A stretch of DNA of 64,000 nt from Ascidiella aspersa (Eukaryota): the NCBI GenBank assembly GCA_963924565.1, contig OZ004615.1, positions 19,840,001-19,904,000 on the forward strand. Direction: 5' to 3'. Of the stretch, positions 23,001 to 35,000 are shown piece after piece. The notes below the pieces were generated by a model. It made no database searches. It was not told the DNA's origin and saw only the letters and a list, made by a program, of their open reading frames with translations. The translations under genes were made by a program, and so were the position numbers. The first letter of the stretch is position 1. The number at the start of each line of letters is the position of its first letter.

Positions 23001-26000
23001 ATATATATTTCAGGCATTTTTTAGGAATATATATTGTTTATTATTGTGCTATGTATTTGTATTTTACCTAACTTAAAGGAACTGACGATATCAGTATAGG
23101 CGAAAGATTAACTCGAAACGTTTACACCAAGCTACTAACTCCTATGTGTCAGCGATTTATGTTTTTTTTTCGCCATAGAACTTTATTTAATTCACTCGCG
23201 AAAAGTTATTCACGTTTATATCGACATTCATTTATACGCGTCCCACGTACCAACATAAATATGGCCGAATTCAACGTGTTCCGCGTGAAAGGCGACATGA
23301 CATGTAACTTGAGTCTGCTCTTACAGAAACTTGCCAATCTTATTAAAATCAATGTTTTCCCGCAAATATCTTTAAACAACATCTGTATTTAAATTCACAC
23401 TGTATATATGAGTACTAGCATTGTTGTCGCCTGATGCCACTCATGTAGATAAATTTGACTTTGTATTTTTACATCGGCCAACTTGTCCATAAAATACCAC
23501 CGGATGTTTCTTAAAAATACATTCTGCCCGTTACCTTACGTTAGGCGGGAGTCGAACTCACGACCCTTTGCCCTTTCACGCCAAGCGCAAGTTTACGTCA
23601 CGTTTTGTCGGGGTCGACGAAAAGGTTACCGACTAACTGCTGGCCAAACCCTAAAAATTCGACACGTAAACAAACACAGGCCGCGGCCCAGTGGAGACAA
23701 CGCTGAGTCAAGCTCAAGCTGAACTATTGTGTGGGCGTTACGTACCGCACCCGCCCCAAACAAATCGCCTTGTTGTGGTTTTGGGCTGGAGACCGTCGCC
23801 GTAAACTATGCCAGTGTGTAATTCGTCATTAAGCTTTTTTGCGTCGCTCACAATTCTGGCTGACGCGTCATGTTTAGTGTTCGATAAGCGTGAAGCTATC
23901 TCGTTCGGGACAATAGCGCACTTTGTCGTTTCGATTTCAATCTCGATGATTTCGAGGCTAAAGGTTCACACGTACGCCTGGTCGTTTTAAAAATAACCTC
24001 GCAGAACAGTCGCCCCAAGCAAAAGGTTTGAAATTGCGTGTGCGATATCTTGCATAGGTATCATATTCTAAATGCGATAATGCTGTTTTTTTACCATTGC
24101 TTTGAAACCAATTTTTTCAATACGGTTACTGTATGTCATTTCCAGGGTTTGCTCAGACGCCCGATAGAAGGCTAAAAATAGATTTTACCCATTCCTGTTT
24201 ATCCGCCCTTAAAGTCGCCTGATTCACATCCGTTTGTTTATAAGTTGATCCAAAAATATCGGGTCAAGCAGACGTGCGGTTCAGGTTAACTGCAACTGCC
24301 AGGCCTTAAAATTACCGCGAAAACGTCATTAGCATTTGGCGTGCCCCTAATGATTACAATTCGTCTTCCTGTCTCTAAGGTACCCGTAAAAGGGCACTGT
24401 TTTGGTTTGGGATTACCGTGTAAAAACATTCAGTAGATTAGGCGTGGAATTGAACAAAGGCCGTTACATATATATAACGAACGATCGATGTTTTGTGTTT
24501 TTGTTTGCAAATTAAACTCGATTATAACTGCTTTTTAAAGACCTTTTCACCCAAAACATGGGATTACGCGGTTATGTGTTTTACATCTGTCTTGTTGACA
24601 GCCTGCTGGTTAAACATAAACGTACTTTTATCTATGCCTGGAAATAGAACGTTTATTATTTTCGAACTGTCTTAATTTAGTTCAACTAACCATAATGCCC
24701 AAAAGGTTCGAGTCGAAGTTATAAATCATTCAACCAGAGTCTAGACTCAAGATTCGAAGCCTTTCGTACTTACTAGATCCCATCGCTTATTCTCATTCTG
24801 TTACATTCGAATTTTACGTGTAAAAACAGTGGCCGAGCATTGGATTTTACACCAGTTGTCCAAATGTTTCTTAAAGGAATGGTGACACGTGGTATCTAAG
24901 TTTAAAAAAGCTTCTTTAGGATCCGAGTACTTTATAAACTGCGTAAAACGTATTTTAAATCAAGGCTTTCTGGACTTTTCAGGATATGACCCCTTTTATT
25001 TTATTAACACTTTACACGACCAACGTTTGACAATAATAGAAGAACACTTTTTTCTGCACACAATTGTTGAAAAAATCTGCAGGTCAATTGGGGGACTGTG
25101 TTTTGTATTAGTTTGAATTTCTCTTTTAACAGTGATTAAAAATTTAACTTATTTAGATACTACACAAAGATACTACAAAATCCCATGTAGTTTTGCGATT
25201 GCCACCCACAGTTTGCAGGGAAAGCAACAAAAGTTTCATATATAATATATTAATGCAGGACGAAAGGTCTTACACTTGACTTTGAATTTTTTGGCCTAAT
25301 CGATGAGCGTAGCGTAGTTTTTTTCACTGCCCTTTTAAAATCCTCGTAATTACGACAAGATTTATTAAAATAAACACAGGCGGACCCATACTTTCGGACG
25401 TGTAAGTGTGTGTATATCGCATACATCGCATAGCTAAAGAGCAAATAATAAAAAGGGGGACACTGGTGGCTTCAAGGATAAACTTAAAAGAAAACATTGC
25501 TTTGACCCGTTTAGAATGAAGTATTATTTTTGGCCACAGATGTTTTATAAAGTGTTTCTTACACCAGCAGCTATTTAATCGTGCCGTGTTATTTCAGCCT
25601 CCCTCGTCCACCAAACCTTCGGTGTACAAGTGGAACACGGCGCTGAGCAAGGCCAACGAGGACCTCGACAAACTCCACATCCGACTGGTTCGCGTCTTGC
25701 ACGAGAAGTACGAGACCACCTGTCAGCTCTGCTTGTCAGAAATCGAGAAGTACAAGGTGATTTATAACTGTTCCTATCAGTGTTGTAATGATTCAAGTCA
25801 ATGGCTTGAATTAAGTGCACATTTTCGAATGGCTTGACTGTACTTAAGTCTTTTGGATAAATGACTTGACTTGACCTCGTTGAACAAATCACTCATGTTG
25901 AATTGAAGGGTTTTCATTAAGCAGTCCGTTATAAAATTGGGCGTTTTGTGTTATTTTTTAGTCGAGTTACTGGTCATAATTGGACGAGCTTACCAATTTT

Positions 26001-29000
26001 AATAGAACGTAAATTTGTATTTTAAAACAAGGAGTTGCCTTGGAATTGACTTGCTCTATTTACGACATAAGCCTTGACTTATTATTTATTCGAAAAGACT
26101 TGACTTGGACTTGAGTTCTTTAAAAAATGACTTAAATTGGACTTAAGTCATTTCTAAATGACTTGTTTACAGCACTGGCAGGTATAGGTGAAACATGGCA
26201 AGGATCAGTGCGGGTTAACCGAACGCCTGTTATCCTCCGGAAAGCCAAATCGATCGGCCTTCGAAGGTGTTTAGTGTGAGTGATTAGGCGTGGAATAATG
26301 CGACTTTTGTAGTAGCTTTTTTGAGTTGTGATGTATAGTTAGTCATTATGTCAGAACAGGTGAGCGCCAATGTACGACAGTTCGCACAGGCTGTTTCATT
26401 TGTTTAACTTTGCACCGATCCGATAAAAATTATTTTTGTCTCTTTTTTTTGTCCTTTTTTACTACGTTGACCTTGTAAAGATTTATAAGCATCATTTGGG
26501 TTTAGCTTTCATGCTGTATCGGTCAATGAATTTCACTAAACATGTAAATTATCATACATCAACCTAATATAGACTTCCTACATTTTTAGTATGCGACCTC
26601 GTTTAATTTATAAAACCTTTCGCGACATTTCACATTTGACGGTGGAAACGACCATTTCTCGGTGTAGGAGCGATTTTTTTAGGTATCGAGTTTTGTCTCG
26701 ATTTTGACGTTTACATATCGAGAGTAAAACATGCAATGTTTGGTTTAGGGCTCTCAGACTGGGGTACGCGAGAAAGTACATTTTATTGGAACTGCATTTT
26801 CCGCAAGAGTGATTTCAAAAATCCTTGCTGTTTATTTGACTAGCTTGAAAAAAGTTTAGGCTTACAAAGTGCAAGGTTTAAGATTATACCTCCGTGCTAC
26901 GCATGCTAATGGCTTGATGCTAATCCACAAATGAATGGCACATCCACAAATGAATGGCATTATAATGCTATCTTAAGTATTAATCTAATAAATCTTACCA
27001 CCATAACCAACATTTTGATTTCACACGATTTTCTTGCCCTTATTGTCATTATGGTCTGTTTTGTAACAAAATCTTTACATTGCTTTGTAAAGTAACTGGC
27101 CCCAGCTTACTAGAGTGACCTAAATAAAAAATTTAGTTATGTATAGTCACACTACAGTGAATTAAGCCACGGATTACACTTATGCTAATTGGCCAAAGAT
27201 TTATTTTGGACTAAAGTTTATCCTTTTATCAAGGATAGACCAAGGTACGGTTTCCAACCCTAAAAACTCGTGTTTTGTGTTTTTAATTCTATATTTATAA
27301 GGGATAAATCGAAAGTGTATGTAGCTAAAAACAGTTTGAGAATCCCTGGTTTATGATATAGGACTTAAGTGTGCGCTTACTCTCGGTACCCAGTATAATA
27401 TGAGACTGCATCACTTAACCTCGCACCTGTTTTGCCTGCGCGCAGCAAAACCTGCTTTTGTCGAACGTGTGCGACGAGGATGACATGCGTAGGATCGTCA
27501 ACGACCACCTTCTTCCAATGGTTGGCAGCAGGCTTAGAACCTTCGAGAAGAAACTAGAAGAAATGGACGTAAGTTGAGATGGACGTTATAGAATTATTTT
27601 TAAAACAATATATATTTAGGCATTTGTCTAGGAAACTTACAAAAAATGTCTGATTAGGTTTTCATATTCCTATTTCCAACAACAGATATATTTTTGTGAA
27701 TTTGCAGCAAGTGCTCGAGGAGCTGGCGAGCCGCACGGAGCGCCAACTGACCCGGATCTTCAAGTTCGCCCAGGGAGCCGCTCACCTCTGGGACGTGCAC
27801 GAGATTGGACTCGCCAGACAGGAACGCATGCTCGAGGTAAGTTGCACGTTGGAGCATAGTGGTTGGACTTTGTAGTTAGAGGTTTTATTAAGGTTGAAGA
27901 TTGTAGTAAGACGTAGTACAAATATCAAAGCCCATACAGAAGTAGGAAGCATTTTGAACGTTTAGAATAACTGTTTATTCATTTTCAACATGTAGAAAAA
28001 AGGTTTTTGTCTGTTTTGTTCCGCTGTGTTAGTTTTTTATGGCGAAGTATAACTCAATTAGGATGGTTACAAAAAATATTGTATTAATTGTCATATTTTT
28101 CTAATGTATTTTGGCAAAAACTATTACCCATATAATCTTTGGTCAAAAAGCAGCTTCAAAAGTTCTAGATCACGGTTGATAAGAACATGTGTGTGTGCGC
28201 ACGTGTGTGTGTGTGTGTGTGTATGTGTATCTTTACCCTAATTTTACTTTTTACTTTCCTTAGAACGAGCTGGAAAACGCTCGTCATGAGCACGACACCG
28301 ACAACCAAGAACGGGAATCGAAGCTGGACATTCTGCTCGATCGACTACGACAGGAAAGCACGGACGAAGCGCTTAGCGACTGCCTCGACCAGTGCCTCGA
28401 GATGCTAGCACACATCAAGCTGGGGTGCGTTTCAGTTTGCTCCGTTACATTTTATTTCAGTTCAAAGGTGTTGATGTTACTGTCTTGTTTATGTTTTGTT
28501 CACTGTATATATGGCAAGGCAGTTGCTAAAATACGTCAATGTTGACATTTTATTTCTATTCGAAGTTATTTATGCTACTGTCTTATTTATGTTTTGTTCC
28601 CTCTATTTATTGCAAGGCATTGTTATAACACTTCAATAGTGCCAGATTTTTGGGAATATTTTGCACACTTTTTTCTAAAGCAACAAAGCAACTAATACAA
28701 ACCTTTTTGTATTAAAAAATCCTAGTTTGCCCTTTAATTGTATTGTAACCAACAACGCTATCGTGTTTTTATTATTTTTATCCCTTAATGTTTTTCTTAC
28801 CATACAGTACTTCATTTGCCACTAATTCATAGAAATTTCAGCTTGCGAAAATTGCTTACAAAGTTTACCTATATGCAATGGTGTCTTAACCTTGTTTTGC
28901 TTATAGAGGGTGTTGCAAAAATTCCGAACCACAAATTTAAATTTATAAGGGGGCAGGTCATCCAACTGTTACATGGTTCAAGTTGGAAACTCTCGCATGC

Positions 29001-32000
29001 TTTCGCAGCTACCGCGAGTCCCACCATTCCCAGATGAACAAGACTTCGGCAAATTTCAAGCCAAAATCGGTTGCAAAGTTTACATTATGCAATCGTGCCC
29101 TACCCTTTATATTTTTCACCCGTAAAAATGCCTGGCACCTACTGCACTATGGCACTGTTATGCAAAAATTCCGACCAACTTTTACATGGTTTATGTTCGC
29201 TTGCTTTCGCAGCTACCGCGAATTTCACCATCTCCAGATGAACAAGACTTCGGTCTACCCGGCCATGGTCGGCGACGAGCTGAAAAAGTATGACGAAAGC
29301 GTTTGCAAGTTCTTCAAAGTCGGACGAAGAAAGACCAATGACGTAAGGAGCTGACGTAACGCTACCTTAAGAAGAGGTCGTGAGTTCGAACCTCACTGCA
29401 GGCTTGGACAGGCGAAACAGGGGTCGTCAACCTTTTTCTAGTCGCGGGCCAAAACCAAACTCAGAAAGATCTCTGCGGGCCGCACAAAATGATAACTAAA
29501 AATTGTGTTATTTTTATGTTAAAACAACTGTGAATCAGCCGGACCTCGGATCGCAATAATATTTAAGAAGGCTGTAAAGTGTTGGCGCAAAGACTGAAAA
29601 AACGTTTGTTTGGTTTAAAATTGGAGTTCACACTTCGTCATCCATACTACTAACGAAAAGTAATAAAGCTACTTTGAGGGAACGCGAACATTTAAAGTTA
29701 ATCTAGCTCAGTGTCGACAGACCTGGCGAGCGAACGAAGCGAGCGCGATTTTTTTGGTATACCGGCATTTCATTTAAATTTCTTGCAAGTTTTTATTACA
29801 TTGCCGAAAATAAAAAAAATGATAAAAAATACACGTCCAACATTTTGAATACGTTTTCCGTGACGCACTTGGCTGCCTTCCACGGCGCAACGGTGAAGAA
29901 GCGCTGGTATATGTGAAAAGACAACATCAAAACGTAAACAAGCCGGACGTAGAATGATGTCGTGCGGAGCGCGATAAATTTTCCCACTTGCGTAGTTAAA
30001 ATAGTCAAAAAGTATGCGAAACGGACTCGTGTCTAAATTGTCAAAGAGGCGACGGGCCGGATAAATTACATCGGCGGGCCGGATCCAGCCCGCGGGCCGT
30101 AGGTTGTCGACCCCTGGGCTAAAAAAACATCTCCTCACTGCAGTTGTTTTTCTAGCCTGTCCTGCTTGCATCATTGATCGACAGATTCGGTTAGTCTGTA
30201 ATGTCTTTCGGTGTATTTTAAGTAGGCTCATACTGGAGCGCCATTTGCCACTTAGTTTTTAGCTATCTCAGTTTTCCCCCACCAAGATAGGTCGATGAAC
30301 GGCTAAGGGCAAATTCGTCCCACGGGATTTTCTATAAAAATCGTTGCCCAGAGCAATTCATGCCGTTAAAGCTCACAACATACTAACTGTGACTATTTCC
30401 TTCGTTGCTGGCCAACGTTGCAAGTTACGTTTAGAGGCAACTTGCATTTTGCATTTATATGTGACTGTAAGAATATGCCATTTACTTGCATCTGCTGCTT
30501 AAGCTGGCAAATCTGAGCTATGTAAACAGGCGAAGGGCTTAAGCTGGCAAATCTGAGCTATGTAAACAGGCGAAGGGCTTAAGCTGGCAAATCTGAGCTA
30601 TGTAAACAGGCGAAAATAAATGTGGTATAAGGGAAGGCATTGCCCTTTGATAGCCTAAGTTCCTAATATTTTTATCCCTCAGAAGATTATATTTACAAAG
30701 GCAGAGATTATCTTAAATTTTCCTAATCATACAGTTTTGTTTTAAATTTGCACGCGAATCACGAACTTTTGTATTTATACATAAGGGATTAATTATTTTC
30801 CTTTTGTAAAATTAGATCAAGTCTTGTGTTTAAGTTTAAGAAGAGATCAAGAGGTTTTTAAGAACACATAGCCTGATTAGCAACAGACTAAAGTTAAGTC
30901 ATCAATTGCATGTTAGTACTGTTTATTTTTTTTAGATAACAACACACGTGTCATTTAAAAATGTGTCTAATTGAGGTTAAACTAATTAGTTTGTTCGCAG
31001 GCGAAGAAGACTAAAAAACCTAGAAAGAGGCCGAGAAAAGCTAAAGTTCGAAAGCCGGATGACGGCAAGGAAAGGCCTCCAGTCATTGTGAGAATAGCCA
31101 GATGTAAAAAAGTCTTGGTTCAGACAGACTTTAGCATCGAGTTTAATCCTTAAGCATTCTTCCAGTATGTAATAAGCGTTAGTGTTTGCTGTATGTTGTG
31201 TGGTGTAAACATCAGAATAGTCGTTTTAGGTTATCGCTATATTAGCTACCGGCGACACCATGTATTCTCGTCACTTACTGAGAGTTGATATTCTATATTA
31301 AATGTAAGATCTTTCACAGAAAGTCAGCCCAAGTAGTGCGTTGTAAGATTTAAGAAAAAGGAAAAAAGAGCATTTTGAATTCCTCAAAAAAAAAAATACA
31401 TTTGAGTTCGCAAATATTTGAAATTTGCTTTATCTATATGGTATTAGTTGGTGCTAAAAATACTTCCTGAAAAAAAAAAGAAATCTAGACATCAAAACGC
31501 GTATTACAGGACTTAGCTTTATCATGAGATATAAAAGCGAAATCATTACACCCAAGTATCTGACCATTCCTTCGAGGCTCCGCTACGCTCTGGCACTATA
31601 TAATCTAACAAACCTAAATGCTAGCCTATACAATTCGTTTCCAGCCAAAACGCAAGCGAATCGATGGCGAAAGCGATGAAAGCGAACTGGACAAGATGTT
31701 CCGCGACATTCTCACCACCGACAAGGGAACCACCTTTTGCGTCCTCACCTCGGCAGAGACGAACGACTTCGAGGACTCCGGCGCGCCCCCCAGCGACGAG
31801 GAGATCGTGGCCACCACGTTTCTCACCGAGATCGAAGGTTGGCATGGATGGTTTTTAAGTAATTCACTCGGGTGATTGTTTATGTCAGAAGTTTACAAAC
31901 TTTTCAGCTTGTAGCACTTTCATTCTTACCAATAATCTCATGCATGGGTAGTGGGTACCCTAAGTGTATGCACGGATCGTAGCTTGATAATAAATAACAA

Positions 32001-35000
32001 AGCCAAAAGGCCGAGTCGATCGACATCAACTTGATTAAGACATTTCGACACGAACATTAACTGAAGATGATAGAAGTTGGTATCAACACGTTTTAATCAA
32101 GATGATGCGATTTACTAGACCAGTGGTTCTTAACCAGGGTTCGATAGAACCCTTGGAGTTCGACGAAGGTGTTTCAGGGGCTCGACAAGAACGTCCTCTG
32201 AAACATAAATGCTGTTATTTAAATTTAAATTCAAATCTACTTTGTGCTCCAAGGCGTCACGAAACCTTTTAAATTTTAAGAACCACTGTACTAGACCTTT
32301 TAGGCTTTGCAATTTATTATCAATCTCATACATTTATATAACATTGCACTAACCCCTACGACACAACAAGGCAATATGAAGTGATAATACAATAGAAGTC
32401 CATCAAATGAACAGTGTGCGTTCAAGTTTTCCATAATTGCGTGAATGCCTTTGTGTAACAGGAATAGGCCGATTTCTAAAATTGCAAAATGTTCCACAAC
32501 ACAAGTATTAGAGTCACACAGTTTAAAATCTGTTTAAAAATAATTTAGAGACCATCGTTGTAATTGATTGAACTGTCATTTTGGATTGATGTGTTGAATG
32601 TTGGGGATATTTATTGATCTGTACCAGTTGATATATTATACGAAGGTGCGTTTTACCCCCGCAATTTTTTATAGCGTATTTTTCATCTGATTTAGGAAAA
32701 AAATAATGTTTTTAACATCCTGGCACTGAAGCCATAAAAACCCGTAGGTTTGCCCTGGATTACATCAACACGCATTATAACTGTAAATAAATTTGTCGCA
32801 CTTCGCCCAATCTGAGTCATTATGTATATAACACTTTGGGTGCCCATGTGCTGGGCGATTTTAACATTATTTGCGTATATAGAGATCAATTGTTTTTCTT
32901 GATTTTTTCCAGGTCCTGAGGAACTGGACAAGCTTCCCCACTACGTGCAAAACGTTTACCTCGACTCCAACTACGTCAGGAACCTCAACAAAACGTGAGC
33001 CGTGTAACGTGAATTTCGCCTAATGGTTCCCAACCTTTTGTTCTTGTGCCAAGTTTGCATCGAAACGTCTTAATCAAGAAGATGTCGATCTACTCGACCT
33101 TTTCGTCTTCGGACTTTAGTTGTTTTGCTAATGACTTGTTCACAACACTACGGCATACCTCGCCCACCGATCAATGAAACTTTTTATTAAACAAAATGCG
33201 GTGTGTAAGCAAACCGCAATCAGCCGACATAAACCTCTCTCTGTCTCTCTCCAGTGTCCGCCTCAACTTTCTCAACCACCTGGAACAATGGAAGGAGAAG
33301 GCGGTGAAGAACGCGGAGTCGACGGCGCGCAGCAAGCAGGAGGAACTTCTGTCCGAGCTTGACCTCCGGCTCCACCTCCATGCTCCAAGATGCAAGAGGA
33401 TCGAAGTGGACGTGAGGAACGTACGAGCAGGTGAGGAGGAATAATCGTTATCTTTATTTTTTTGTTTATTGGTTGAGTGCTAGTTTTCGTGGATTAAATT
33501 ATTTTGGACTTGAAATGTTGTGACATATATGGATGAAGTACACCGAAAGCCATCACAGACTCACCGAATCTGTCGATAAATGCACACAAACATGTGTGTT
33601 CGTCTTTTGTTAAATAGAGTCTTGATCCCCTTCAATGTGAAGTTGCTTGTACTAACAGAATGTGGCAAGCATTTACGTATAGTTGTTTCTCGACTTGCTC
33701 CTCTCTGAGCCTCTGTAGCTTAGTTGGTAGAGTGGTCGTGAGTTCGAACCTCACTGCAGGCTAGGTGTTTTTCTAGTCTGCTCTGCTTGCATCATTGATC
33801 GACAGATTCGGTAAGTCTGCCATGGCTTTCGGTGTACTTACGACTTAAGTATAGCAACTTAGTAATTGAGTCATCGCGAAAAAGGGTTGAGTAACACAGA
33901 AGTAATAACTATATCAAATAATTTGCTTTCTTGCAGCTGAGCTGATTTTGCATCGGGAGCGAGTGACGCGTCATTGCCGGGGAATCACCGCTGCCCTGGC
34001 AACCATCAAGCACGAGTTTGGCGAGATGACGAAGGAACATGACAATGACTCGGCGAATTTCAAGGCGCGCGTCGAGGGGATGGAGGACGTTTTCTTGAAC
34101 GCGAACAAGTCGACTAAGTATGGTTTGGATTTTGAGCATAATGGTTGCAGGTTGTAGTAAGAAGTAGGTATCATTTTGAACGTTTCGAGTAACTCTTTCT
34201 TCATTTTCCTCATTCTGTGTTCATCAGTGTTGACATCTGTGAAACGTTTAAAATGATACCTACTTCTGAATGGGCGCTGATTGCTTAGTGGCGCATTTCG
34301 AATGATCAAAGAACGCCTTGTTAGTTTTTTAGCAAATCAGTTGTCGTTTAGAAATAGCCGTGTAGACAAACGGGTATTGGTGACCCAACCAATGGGTTGA
34401 CTCAAAATTGGGTTCCCGATCGATTTGGTTGGGTCGCCGACTGCAATAAAACAAAACAAGCTCAAAGTAGCTTTATTAAAAAAAAACAAGATTTCTCCAA
34501 TACTTGAGATAATTATAATTGCTTAGGGCTAGGCAATACTATTACTTGGCAACTTTTTAGTGCTAATGTAATGTCTTACGTTTACTTACAAAACGTTCAG
34601 TGAATAGAATTGGGTCGCCAAAGCTTCGCTGTTAAACATATACGCTTAGTATATGAAGCGCCACGGAAAAGATCGAGAAACGCTGCCCTAAACCCTTTCT
34701 TTGCGTGTGTCTCGTGCGCAGGCTGGTCGAGTTGATGAACAACCTGCACAAGGACCTCGGTAGCTACGTGGAGGACACAAAGTGGTCGCTGCGCAACTTT
34801 CGCCAGCGGCTCGACGCAACACTGGGAAGGCTGCGCACCTCGAACGCGCAATGCGTAAGGGCTTTCAAGTGAGTATTGCGACGTTTATCGACTTAAGCTT
34901 ATAGGTTTAGCTCCCCCACCACTTTATTTCTGTTGTGACGCGTAAGATCTGAATGCGGCGGACAAGATAGCTTGAATCTTACTTTAATAAAATATCGTTA

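Noticed and set aside
23082-23125. CTGACGA...CGAAA hammerhead-like string
   Set aside because: Stems I-III cannot be formed convincingly.
30497-30614. CRISPR-like array
   Set aside because: Head-to-tail identical units without spacers, in eukaryotic intronic DNA.
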